Source of the DNA: Eledone cirrhosa
Lineage: Eukaryota
DNA: 64,000 bases
Direction: 5' to 3'
Assembly: GCA_964016885.1 (NCBI GenBank)
Contig: OZ024744.1
Coordinates: 66,278,001 to 66,342,000 of the forward strand
Below, one piece after another: positions 11,891 to 24,462 of the stretch. The stretch's first letter is position 1. Every line of letters starts with the position of its first letter. The translations under genes and the position numbers were made by a program. Below the pieces are notes generated by a model. It was not told where the DNA came from, ran no database searches, and saw nothing but the letters and a program-made list of their open reading frames with translations.

Positions 11891-14140
11891 GGGCAGTGGA
11901 TTGACAGAATCGGTAGAGCATTGGACACGACAACATACTTTTCCACATATAGTTACGCCCCCTTTATGTTCTGAGTTCAAATACTACCGAGGTCAACTTT
12001 GCCTTTCATCCTTACGAGGTCGATAAAATAAAGTACCAGTAATATACTGGAGTCATGGCTGGCCTTGTGTCAAAAGTAGAAACAATTATTATTAGAGGGT
12101 GGATAGGTAGAGGCTTGGACACCATGCAACATTGAGTTACGCCCCCTTTATGTTCTGAGTTCAAATACTACCGAGGTCAACTTTGCCTTTCATCCTTACG
12201 AGGTCGATAAAATAAAGTACCAGTAATGCACTGGAGTCATGGCTGGCCTTGTGTCAAAAGTAGAAACAATTATTATTAGAGGGTGGATAGGTAGAGGCTT
12301 GGACACCATGCAACATTGAGTTACGCCCCCTTTATGTTCTGAGTTCAAATACTACCGAGGTCAACTTTGCCTTTCATCCTTACGAGGTCGATAAAATAAA
12401 GTACCAGTAATGCACTGGAGTCATGGCTGGCCTTGTGTCAAAAGTAGAAACAATTATTATTAGAGGGTGGATAGGTAGAGGCTTGGACACCATGCAACAT
12501 TGAGTTACGCCCCCTTTATGTTCTGAGTTCAAATACTACCGAGGTCAACTTTGCCTTTCATCCTTACGAGGTCGATAAAATAAAGTACCAGTAATATACT
12601 GGAGTCATGGCTGGCCTTGTGTCAAAAGTAGAAACAATTATTATTAGAGGGTGGATAGGTAGAGGCTTGGACACCATGCAACATTGAGTTACGCCCCCTT
12701 TATGTTCTGAGTTCAAATACTACCGAGGTCAACTTTGCCTTTCATCCTTACGAGGTCGATAAAATAAAGTACCAGTAATGCACTGGAGTCATGGCTGGCC
12801 TTGTGTCAAAAGTAGAAACAATTATTATTAGAGGGTGGATAGGTAGAGGCTTGGACACCATGCAACATTGAGTTACGCCCCCTTTATGTTCTGAGTTCAA
12901 ATACTACCGAGGTCAACTTTGCCTTTCATCCTTACGAGGTCGATAAAATAAAGTACCAGTAATGCACTGGAGTCATGGCTGGCCTTGTGTCAAAAGTAGA
13001 AACAATTATTATTAGAGGGTGGATAGGTAGAGGCTTGGACACCATGCAACATTGAGTTACGGCTCTTTACAGTCTGAGTTCAAATTTTGCCAAGGTTAAC
13101 TTTGCTTTTCATCGTTACGGGGTTGATAAAATAAAGTACCAGTAATGTACTGGGGTAATTGCTGGCCTTGTGCCAAAAGTAGAAACAATTATTATTAGAG
13201 GGTGGATAGGTAGAGGCTTGGACACCATGCAACATTGAGTTACGGCTCTTTACAGTCTGAGTTCAAATTTTGCCAAGGTTAACTTTGCTTTTCATCGTTA
13301 CGGGGTTGATAAAATAAAGTACCAGTAATGTACTGGGGTAATTGCTGGCCTTGTGCCAAAAGTAGAAACAATTATTATTAGAGGGTGGATAGGTAGAGGC
13401 TTGGACACCATGCAACATTGAGTTACGGCTCTTTACAGTCTGAGTTCAAATTTTGCCAAGGTTAACTTTGCTTTTCATCGTTACGGGGTTGATAAAATAA
13501 AGTACCAGTAATGTACTGGGGTAATTGCTGGCCTTGTGCCAAAAGTAGAAACAATTATTATTAGAGGGTGGATAGGTAGAGGCTTGGACACCATGCAACA
13601 TTGAGTTACGGCTCTTTACAGTCTGAGTTCAAATTTTGCCAAGGTTAACTTTGCTTTTCATCGTTACGGGGTTGATAAAATAAAGTACCAGTAATGTACT
13701 GGGGTAATTGCTGGCCTTGTGCCAAAAGTAGAAACAATTATTATTATTCGTCGAATTGGCAGTATTGGTAGAGGGTTGGACACCATGCTTTCCAGCATAG
13801 TTACTTCCCTTTACGGACTGGGTTCAAATCCCGTCGAGGTTAACTTTGCCTTTCATCCTTACGGGGGTCGATAAAATAAAGTACCAGTAATTCACTGGGT
13901 AATTGCTGGCCTTGTGCCTAAAGTAGAAACAATTATTAGTATTGTTACAGGGTGGTGGATTGGCACTATCGGTAGAGGGTTGGACGCCATGCTTTGACGT
14001 ATAGTTATGTCCCTTTACAGTCTGAGTTCAAATCCTGTCAAAGTTAACTTTGCCATTCATCCTTACGGGGTCGATAAAATAAAGTACCAGTAATGCACTG
14101 GGATAATTGCTGGCTGTGTGTCAAAAGTAGAAACATTTAT
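11891..14140 (+). repeat. Tandem array of a tRNA-derived SINE (183-184 bp units, about 12 copies)
   Basis: ATTGAGTTAC recurs at 12131, 12315, 12499, 12683, 12867, 13051, 13234, 13417 and 13600. Each unit carries the B-box GAGTTCAAAT and the GCCTTTCATCCTTACG.GGTCGATAAAATAAAGTACCAG core. Confidence 0.95.
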
Positions 14141-14199
14141 TATTATTGTTACTTTGTCATGCAGTGTAGATGGAAAATCAACAGAATATTTAGTCATCT

Positions 14200-14930
14200 G
14201 ACAAGTCACAACAAGGAGCTTGGACAGATAATACTTTCCTTAAAATCTGTACAGTGCTTAGCATGACACCAATCTTGCATGGTATTTCCAACTGCTTTAA
14301 AAAGTCTTGGAGTTTCAATGAGATTGACTCTAATACCGCAATCACAACTGGTATTATTTTCTCATTACCCTCTTACATTCCAAGGTCTTGCCATCTCCAC
14401 TTTCAATTCGGAGTACTTCGTGATTTTTTTAACCTCTTTACTCACAATATTCGTATCATTTGGTATGGCTACATCAATGATCTGACAGTATTTGTCTTTC
14501 TTGTTTAATACGACAATGTCTGGTCGTGATAGTCAATTACCCTATCAGTCTGAAAATCATAATCCTCCTGCGTTACTTTATCCTCCTGCGTTACTTTACA
14601 AGGTACATACTCATACCAATTCTCTATGACTTCATATTGGTATTCATGACACAAAAGCCAATGAAGGTACAAACAGACTTTATCATGGCAGTGCTTGTAT
14701 TCTTTTTGTGCATGGCTCTCACATCCACTTATCAAGTGGGTTACATTTTCCACATTCTTCACAGAGCCTGGATTTCTGGATGTCAGACATTTTGTAGATC
14801 ACTGAATTGGAAGTAAGAGTTTGGTCATGCACTGCAGATATAAGGCTTTCAACCGTATATTTCAAATTACTTTGCTTAAGCCATGTCCATGATGTTTTAT
14901 TTTTTATATCCTATGTATTTCTTTGAAACT
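14200..14930 (-). mobile_element. Decayed R4/Dong-like (RLE) LINE 3' fragment
   Basis: ENVTHLISGC...HDKVCLYLHW..YDFQTDR, resembling the CCHC/RHD/REL region of the element at 41.4-42.5 kb. Confidence 0.6.
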
Positions 14931-15039
14931 GCTTATTATTATTATTATTATTATTATTAAGGCGGTGCCACAGCATGGCCTCAGCCGGATGGCTGGAACA
15001 GGTAAAAGAGTATCATTATTATAAAATGTTTATAATAAT

Positions 15040-15342
15040 CATGCTTTGTAGCATAGTGTTTCGGCCCTTTACGATCTGAGTTCAAATCCCACCGAGGTTA
15101 ACTTTGCTTTTCATCCTTACGAGGTCGATAAAATAAAGTACCAGTAATGCACTGGGGTAATTGCTGGCTTGTGCCAAAAGTAGAAATAATTATTATAAAA
15201 TTTTTAGTTCAAGTACCAACGAGGTTAGCTTTGCCTTTCATCATTACAGGGTTGATAAAATAAAGTACCAGTAATGCACTGGAGTAGTTTTAATCGACTT
15301 CCCCCCCCCCCCAACATTGCTGGCCTTGCAGCTACAGTAGAA

Positions 15343-15374
<32 letters not shown>

Positions 15375-16125
15375 AGAATCATTGAGTTACGGCCCTTGCC
15401 ATTCCGAGTTCAAATCCCGCCGAGGTTAACTTTGCCTTTCATCCTTACGAGGTTGATAAAATAAAGTACCAGTAATACACTTGGTAATTGCTGGCCTTGT
15501 GCCAAAAGTAGAAACAATTATTATTACAGTATCGGTAGAGGGTTGGCGCCATGCTTTGCAGCATGGAGTTATGGCCCTTTACAGTCTGAGTTCAAATCCC
15601 ACCGAGGTTAGCTTTGCCTTTCATCCTTATGGGGTCAATAAAATAAAGTACCAGTAATGCACTGGGATAATTGCTGGCCTTGTGCCGAAAGTAGAAAGAA
15701 TTATTATTATTGTTATTATTGCAGTGGATAGGCAGAATCATTAGAGTGTTGAATGAAATGCCTTGCAGCGTGATATGTTTTGTATTCAAATCCTGCTGAA
15801 GTCAATTTTGCACTTCCTCTTTCTGGAATCAATAAAATGAAGTACAATCAGGCAGTTCAGTTGATATAATCAGCTGTGCCACCTCCAAAATTTACTCTTT
15901 TCAGTATATGTAGAAAATGATTATTATAGAAGAGCAATGGGTCAACAAAACCATGACAACATTGGACAAAAAAAGCCTTGAGGTATATATTTTGGCTTTT
16001 TTTGCCTTTCATCCTTATGGGGTCGATAAAATAAAGTACCAGTAACGTACTGGGTCAATTTAATCGACATTCCCCTTCTGTTCAAATTTCTGGCCTTGTG
16101 CCTAAAGTAGAAACAATTATTATTT
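15040..16125 (+). mobile_element. Cluster of about 6 diverged copies of the Nin/Deu-like tRNA-SINE
   Basis: Repeated GAGTTCAAATCC...CTTTCATCCTTA..GGTCGATAAAATAAAGTACCAG...GTAGAAACAATTATT with (ATT)n tails. Confidence 0.85.
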
Positions 16126-16836
16126 TTATTATTATCCATACCACAAGCTGATCTTGTGTTATTCTTACAATCTCAGGAGTGAGTCATAACTAATGACGGA
16201 GGGTCCTTTGGGATTCTTTCATTTATTTATTTCTTTTGTTTTGAAGCACCTTCCTTAGGATCCTTGTTTTCCATAATAAATCTGTTCAAATTTCTATCCC
16301 AATCCTCAACGATCACATGATTTCATAATCTTCAGGACTGTACCATGCGTTCTATGACAGGCACAATTTCCTTTTTTTTTCATACTCCACACTCTTGGAA
16401 CTTCTCTTTTCAGAATTTGGTATTTCTTAATTTCTTTTTCTTGTTTTTTTCTCTCACACACTGTTGTCACCAAGAGATGCTTTCTCTATCTATTATTGAG
16501 AAGTGCTTTTACTTTTTTCTATGATAACAATGTCTGGTGTTCAAGCCTCAGTCACTTTAGCACACTGAATGTTGGATTCTTAAAATTGTTTTATCTCCAC
16601 ATTGCTGCTTGTGTTACCGATCAACTCTGTCCAAATCATATTTTCCACACAGTTTCCAATGAACAATGCATGTGATATTGTTGAGCCTAATTTTATATTC
16701 TCTCTTTGCAAATTTACAATATTGCTCACTTGACCCTCCCATACATCTCCTATGAGGACTGTGAAGCCTTTAGCCCACACTATAACGTGGTTGTGATGGT
16801 GACATGACAAAAAGCACCCAGCCCACTCTGCTTTAG

Positions 16837-17049
16837 CCCTTTAGCATTTAAACCAGCTGTATCCAGCCACAATTCTCTCACCTCTTTCTTTTCAAACCGG
16901 CTGTAACTGTCCGCTCACACTGATGTTAAAGTATTGTTTTCAAAATAAATATCAAAATCTCATAAATTTGATATTATGTGAGATAATTATGTAAGATGAA
17001 ACCTTTACAACAAAAATAGTACATATAGAGTTAGGTAAATGATAAAGGG
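16837..17049. mobile_element. piggyBac-type MITE, copy 1
   Basis: CCCTTTAGCATTTA...TAAATGATAAAGGG terminal inverted repeats with TTAG flanks. Homologous to 31566-31786 and 38456-38676. Confidence 0.7.
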
Positions 17050-17904
17050 TTAGACATATCTTGGAAGCAGTATCCTACTAAAAGGTAATTTTACAGCCAT
17101 ATACTATACCAGCAATCTCTCATAACTTTCAAAGGAGACAAACCAGATTCTCAGGACACAGCTGTAGAGCCAAGAATGAAATTGTTAGTGATGTGCTGCT
17201 GTGGACACCAAGGCATGGATATCTCTGAGTGAGTAGACCTCACAGAAATTACATCAAACAGCTACGTAAAGATGCTGTGTGCTGTCTGGAAGACCTGCTA
17301 AAAACAATGGATCATAGTTGGATAGAAAAGGAGAGTCATGGTGATCTGTACAACCAGCACACTGAGATACTGATGATGACTGACCTCTCAGGTGGATTTG
17401 AGGCCCACATCTCACGTATGTTTTCACACTCTAGTGAATGCACCACATGAATATTATTGTGGCACCAGCATCAGAGAGGTTCTCTTGTCTTTGATACAGC
17501 TGAAGAGTCTTTGTATCACAAACTACTTTACAGAGTGTATTTATTATGTCACCAATGCTAGAGAGATTGTTGGGCCTTTGCTGCAACTGAAGAATCCTCC
17601 CAACTCAATTTTGGTTTGATTTCCACAGCTGGGTGCCGTTCCTGTCACCAACAGAGTATACTGGATGAATTCTTTGTGGCACCAGCACTAGAGAGGTTGC
17701 CTTATCATGACTGATGAGTCTCCTAATCTTTTCTCAATTATCATCTATAACAATGAAAATTATTGTGTACAATGCTCAGGTGCACTAGAACTCATCAAAG
17801 GTGCATGTATAGTACATAGAATAATGTACAAATGTGAGGAAAGTGAACAAATGTATGAGTCATGATTCACACCCATACACACACACATTATCAAGTTAGT
17901 AAAT

Positions 17905-18266
17905 TGCCAGTATCAGTATAGCATTGGACAACATACTTTGCTGCATAGCGTTACATCCCTTTACAATCTGAGTTCGGGGGTCAATAAAATAAAGTACCAG
18001 TAACGGACAGGGAGTCAATTTAATCAACTTTCCCCTCCCCCCCAAAAAAGTGTTGGCCTTGTGCCTAAATCAGAAAACATGGTGGTTTGGCAGTATCGGA
18101 AGAGCATCAGACCGCCATGCTTTGAAACATAGAGTTACGGCCCTTTACGTACAAATCCTGCCAACGTTAACTTTGCCTTTCATCCTAACGGGGGTTGATA
18201 AAATAAAGCACCAGTAATACACTGGGGGTATTTAGTGGCCTTGTGCCTATTGTAGAAACAATTATT
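17905..18266 (+). mobile_element. Two Nin/Deu-like SINE copies
   Basis: A-box TGGCAGTATCGG at about 18088 and the GATAAAATAAAG(T/C)ACCAG core. Confidence 0.75.
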
Positions 18267-19604
18267 AAATAAAAAAAAAATAAAGAAATAAAGAAATCAT
18301 TATTATTATTGTTATAACCCCCCCCCTACCTCTTATTAGGATGTCTCATTTCATTTATTGTTGTTTTCCATGCTTATTTGTTTTGTTTTGTTTCCTTTTT
18401 TTTTTATTTCATAGTCAATTTTTTTGCGAACGTCCCACTGCTTGTAATGTCTTCCAAGCCATTGCCCTCATGGAAAATAAAACACATTATGTTATTAATG
18501 CTAAAGTTAGTTAGGTAGAGCGGAAGATCCCCAAAAGTCTTATTATTGTTTTTGTTCCCCCCCCCCCCCACCCCTGTTTTGAATTTATACCACATTGAGG
18601 ACATCTTTAGCTTTTCTATTCACTTCCAGAGGGGCTCGATAAAATAAGTAGCAGTGAAGTACTGGGACTGGGTGTGAGGTATGTGTACGGGGGGGGGAGG
18701 GGTTTAGGATGGTGGTGGTGGTGGTGGTGGTTGATAAAGATCAACTCTCCCATCCCATAAGTCTGGCATGGAACTAATATAAGAAATAACCACCACAACC
18801 ACCACCACCACCACAACCACATGCCTTGTTTCTACCTAAACTGTAACTATCAACACCACCACCACCACCACTGACACCACCACTGACACCACCGTTACCA
18901 ACAACATGGCTGCCAACACTGCTATCATCACCACCACCATCATCATCATCATCATCACCACCTTCACAAGCGCCCTCACTGTTTTCACTAAAACATTAAA
19001 CCATGAACACCATTGCCACTACTACCACCAGCAGAACCACCACCACCACCACCACCATCAACAGTAGCAACAACAACAACAACAACAACAACAACACCTA
19101 GTTTAGTTAAGTCCCTTGGCATTGGGAGTTCAAATTTGGAAGGAATTTAACTTTGCATTTAATTCTTCTAATCGGTATTGCATAGGGCTAAATTAGATTG
19201 CAATATTTCAGTTATATGCCCCTTGAGATTGTGAGCAATATTTTAATCATGCCCCTCAAGATAGTGTGCAATATTTAGTTATGCCCCTCGAGATTGTGGG
19301 TTCAATTCCAGCAGTGAGGCTGACTTTGCAATTAATTTCTCAAAGATGGGACGAAGTTTGGGGTGGGGGGCGGGGTGGGGTGGGGGGTGAGGTGGGGGCG
19401 GAGGGTGAGGTAGGGATGTGATAGGGTAGGGTAGCTGGGAAGGTGGTGGTGGGGTGTTTGGGGGGATAACATATATGTACCAATAATACACTCAGGTAAC
19501 GGAATTAATGACATCGCTCCATTACAATTATAATCAGCACTGCTGCGTTGCCAAAGATTGCGACTTTGGAAACACATATAAACATATATATATGTGTATA
19601 TATA

Positions 19605-19669
<65 letters not shown>

Positions 19670-20099
19670 ATATACACATATATATATTTTTTTAATTGCT
19701 TTTTGTTTATTTATTTATCTATTTTTTCTTCTCACATTCCTGGTAAATAAATATTGTTCATTCTTGCAAGCCTCCTAATTACTGTTGGTGTTGGTGTCTA
19801 GGTGATGGTAGTGGTAGAGGTGGTGGTGGTAGTGGTGGTTGGAGTTGGATGGGGCACCGGGGTTTGGAAGGCTCATAGGCTAAAACAAACAAACCAACAA
19901 ACAAACAAATAAGCAATAAGTTTTCTTGCTTGCCAATAATATGAAGAAGTGATTGCAAGCGAGAGGTGTCAACCAAACAACGAAGCAATTTAGACTTGGG
20001 TAATGTTGTTAATGGGAAATGTAAAATTGGCTGTGTCCCAGGATGCTTGCTTTAAGGTAGGGCTTGAAGATAATACAATGATGTCATCATCGGTAATTC

Positions 20100-20818
20100 A
20101 CACACACACTCTCTCATATACTCATACACGCACACACACATGGTCATGTAAACACACATACACTCATACGTATACTCTCATATACACACACATGATCATG
20201 CAAATACACATACACACATACACTCATAAATACAGCCACAGACACACACAAACATACACATGACCATATAAACAAATATATTCTCATACATACACATAAT
20301 CATATAAACACACACACATGATCATACAAACACCCACTCACATACACTCATACACACACTCTCCTATACACACACATACACATGATCATGCAAGTACACA
20401 TATCCTCTCTCTATCACACACACACACGATCAAATAAACACACACACACTATCATGCAAACACACACACACTATCATGCAAACACACATATTCTCATACA
20501 CACATACACAAATCAAATAAACACTCACATACACACTCTCCCATACACACTCATACACATACTTTCATACAGACACAGACACATATACATGTATATTCTC
20601 AGACATACACACACACACACACACACAAACTCTCATAAAATCCTACATTATAATACACACGTAAATACACACGTAAATACACACGTAAATACACACATAA
20701 ATACACACGTAAATACACACGTAAATACACACATAAATACACACGTGTGAGTGTGTGTTTGTGTATGTTGCCAGTGTATTTGTGTCAGTGCAGCGTATTT
20801 AATGTTTATGCATGTGTG

Positions 20819-20849
<31 letters not shown>

Positions 20850-21250
20850 ATGTGTATGCATGTAATGTATGCATGTATGCGTGCATGTGTGTACACGTGT
20901 GTGTGTATGCGTGTTCATGTGTGTATGTGTGCGTGCATGTATTTTATGTGTGTGCACACGTGTGCGCATGCATGTGTGTGCATGTGCATGCGTGTGTGTG
21001 TGTATATGAGTATCTTTGTATGAGCGTGAATATGTGCACATGTGTGTACATGCATATGTGCATGTATGAGTGTGTGTGTGTGAGTGTGTATGCGTCTATG
21101 TGTGTGAGTGTGTAAGTGAATGTGTCTCTGTGTGTGTGAGTGTGTAAGTGTATGTGTCTATGTGTGTGTGAGTGTGTAAGTGTATGTGTGTGTGTGTGAG
21201 TGTATGTGTCTCTGTGTGTGTGAGTGTGTAAGTGTATGTGTCTATGTGTC
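20100..21250. repeat. Degenerate (CA)n then (TG)n, including a 12-bp ACACGTAAATAC repeat
   Basis: Direct reading. Confidence 0.9.
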
Positions 21251-21259
21251 AACTAAATC

Positions 21260-21610
21260 TACTCCAGTGTATTACTGGTACTTTATCTTATCAACTCCTG
21301 TAAGGATGAAAGGAAAAGTTAATCCCGGCTGGATTTGAACTCAGAATGCAAAGGGCCGTAACTCTATGCCACTAAACATGGTGTCCACACTCCACCGATA
21401 CTGCCAATCCACTGCCCTTATTTGATATTTAACAATAAATATGATGGTTTCTGATTTAGGCACAAAGCCAACAATTTCGGGGGGGGGGGGGAATGTCGAT
21501 TAAATCAACCCCCAATGCATTACTAGTACTTTATTTTACGGACCACATAAGGATGAAAGGCAAAATTAACCTTGGCAGGACTTGAACTCAGATTACAAAG
21601 GGACGTAACT
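21260..21610 (-). mobile_element. Two Nin/Deu-like SINE copies
   Basis: Reverse-complement core CTGGTACTTTAT..TATC...AAGGATGAAAGG and GATTTGAACTC. Confidence 0.8.
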
Positions 21611-21677
21611 GAGTTGTGTCATCTAAGACATCATATGACTGAGATAGACTACATTTCAATCACTCACTAATTAAATG

Positions 21678-21877
21678 NNNNNNNNNNNNNNNNNNNNNNN
21701 NNNNNNNNNNNNNNNNNNNNNNNNNNNNNNNNNNNNNNNNNNNNNNNNNNNNNNNNNNNNNNNNNNNNNNNNNNNNNNNNNNNNNNNNNNNNNNNNNNNN
21801 NNNNNNNNNNNNNNNNNNNNNNNNNNNNNNNNNNNNNNNNNNNNNNNNNNNNNNNNNNNNNNNNNNNNNNNNNNNNN
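21678..21877. other. Assembly gap (200 N)
   Basis: Run of N. Confidence 1.
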
Positions 21878-22214
21878 ATCCCACTACCCCTACTCCCACC
21901 CAATAAACACCACCCCTTTTTCTGTAAAGTTATGTTGGTACCACAACATCCAGTCCTAAATAAATGAGGTCGTGTAGGTGACACAACAAAAACACACACA
22001 GTCCATGCTGTAATGTGGCCGTGTAGGTAACATGGTAAAAACCTCCCAGTTCACACTGTAAATGTGGTTGGTGTTAGGAAGGGCATCCAGCTGTAGAAAA
22101 CCTGCCAGATAGTCCTATATGAGCAAGACAACCAATCTTGCCTCAAGTAGGACAATTCCCGTCTAAACCCATGCTAGCGTGGAAGATAGACGTTAAATGA
22201 TGGTGATGATATAT

Positions 22215-22465
22215 ATAAATGTAATCTGAGTTTTTTGAATATTAATAACATTGGATTCATTTGCAATTATGCAAACAAGCCTCAATTTTATAGCCATGTC
22301 AGTAGAATGAACACTTCATTCTTGCTCTTGTGTTGGCATGCCAACACAAGAGCAAGAATGAAGTGTTCATTCTACTGACATGGCTTTAAAATTGAGGCTT
22401 GTTTGCATAATTGCAAATGAATCCAATGTTATTATTAATATTCAAAAAACTCAGATTACATTTAT
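22215..22465. repeat. Spacer-less palindrome with arms of about 124 bp
   Basis: Centre GGCA|TGCC at 22338/22339. The arms differ by one substitution and a 3-bp indel. Confidence 0.95.
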
Positions 22466-22759
22466 TGTATTCAGCCACGTAGAGCGAAATTTTCTTTTAT
22501 ATATATATTATAAAGTGAAATTACAGGAGGCCAAAAATGTTGAATTTCCTTAATTATTTATTCCTGCAAAAACTGCACATTTCAGTGGCTAGGTTGGAAA
22601 AAATAGTTTGTTAATAATTCCCGGTATTTTAGGATTTTATTTTGTTTGGCTAGGGAAGTAGTGACCCTCACATTTACAGCTGTATTCAGGATGTGTGAAG
22701 GAGCAAAAGAGTATGGTATCTACTTTTTACCCAGGTACAAAGGGTAAGATCATCTGGTC

Positions 22760-23190
22760 TTTTTCCATCAACTCTAGGCTTAGCTTCAGGATTGAGGGGA
22801 TAGTTACCCAAGCCAAAATCCTCAAACACTCCTTCCAGCAGGTCCTGTCAGAAGCCAGCATCTCCAAATGATCCAACTGGATCCCCAAGCAAGACCAGCC
22901 AAGCTCATAGATGTTATTCTACCATCTTGCTCAGGGTCTACCTCTGAATCTCCTGCAGGTTGGGTTTGCACGTAAAATATGTCCAGTGATTCTTTCCTAA
23001 GACATTCTAACCACATGCCCATAGTATCAGAGCTGTGATCTCTCAATTCTGAGAAGTAGTGACTCTACCTGGAGCGACTCGCTGATCTCCGAGTAACATT
23101 ACTCCAAGGACTCTTCGGAGTAATCCCATTTTGGCCGCTTGTATTCATGGTCATATTCTTTTGGTCATTACTCAAGATTCATGACCATAG
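22760..23190 (-). mobile_element. Old RTE-like LINE 3' fragment
   Basis: Decayed RSQLRYYGHVVRM...RGRP..RW motif on the minus strand. Confidence 0.55.
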
Positions 23191-23749
23191 TTACCAATTT
23201 TTAAAATCTTGTCTAAAGCTCATTTCTACTTGGCCAGGTTTTACAGTTAAGTAGGTTTTACCTCATTATAGTGCCAGAGCCTACTTACAGCATGTTGGAC
23301 TGCTCCTCATAAATGGCATGTACGTCCCTTACTATTCTGAGATGTATAAACCATGGAAATTCTCTATAGAAAATTGTAAAACTAGCTTGAAGTATGAATA
23401 TTATTAAATCAGATCAAACCAATCAAATGAATTCATAACTATTTACCATTTTTATTGAGTGTTGTTATATGGATTCATTTAATTGAGACAGATTTAGTGA
23501 ATATTCTATAGACAGTAAGTAAAAGTGATATTACTTATATCTCTCTTTAACTTTTAACATTCTGTAATGATAATGATTTAGGAGAAAATATCTAAAAAAA
23601 AAAATAATAAATAAATAAATAAAACCCAGGATAACAAAGAAACAAAAAACAAAGAGGTTTGCTAAATCAAATGTTTACTGTATCTTTACTACAGAAAAGT
23701 TTGTAATGAAAAATTGTAAACAGTTTAATTTTGAATGTGACAAGACAAA

Positions 23750-24462
23750 TAACCATGCAGTGAACCCTGTATGGTGATTGTGTTGGTGACATGACAAAAA
23801 GCACCCATCCCACCCTGTAAAGTGGTCATGTTGCTGACAAGACAAAAAGAACCAGCTCACCCTATAAAGCGGTTGTCTTGCAGACATGACAAAAAACACC
23901 AAGCCTCTGCTGTAAAGTGGTCATGTTGGTGGCATGACAAAAAGCACCAAGCCTCTGCTGTAAAGTGGTCATGTTGGTGGCATGACAAAAAGCACCAAGC
24001 CTCTGCTGTAAAGTGGTCATGTTGGTGGCATGACAAAAAACACCAAGCCTCTGCTGTAAAGTGGTCATGTTGGTGGCATGACAAAAAGCACCAAGCCTCA
24101 GCTGTAAAGTGGTCATGTTGGTGGCATGACAAAAAGCACCAAGCCTCTGCTGTAAAGTGGTCATGTTGGTGACATGACAAAAAGCACCCTGTCCACCCTG
24201 TAAGGTGGTCCATGTTAGTGATACAATGAAAAAGTACCCAGTCCAACCTATTAGTTGGTTGTTTTGGTGCTACAATAAAAAGTCCCCAGGCCATGCTGTA
24301 AATGTGGCTGGCATTAGGAAGGGCATCTAACCACAGAAATTAAGCCAGCAAGACATGGTGACTTGATCTGACTTGTCTCACACTGGGACAGCTCATCTAA
24401 CCCATGATAGTGTGGAAAATGGACATTAAATGGGGGTGATGGTGATGATGATGATGATGATA
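23750..24462 (+). mobile_element. RTE 3' UTR-type element with an internal 48-bp minisatellite (6 near-identical units, 23885-24172)
   Basis: Unit CATGACAAAAAGCACCAAGCCTCTGCTGTAAAGTGGTCATGTTGGTGG, followed by the AGGAAGGGCATC box and a (GAT)n tail. Confidence 0.85.

Noticed and set aside
11951-13745. CRISPR-like regular array
   Set aside because: The units are wholly repeated with no unique spacers, derive from a SINE, and there are no cas genes.
17711-17765. CTGATGA...GAAA as a hammerhead
   Set aside because: Stems I-III cannot be formed.
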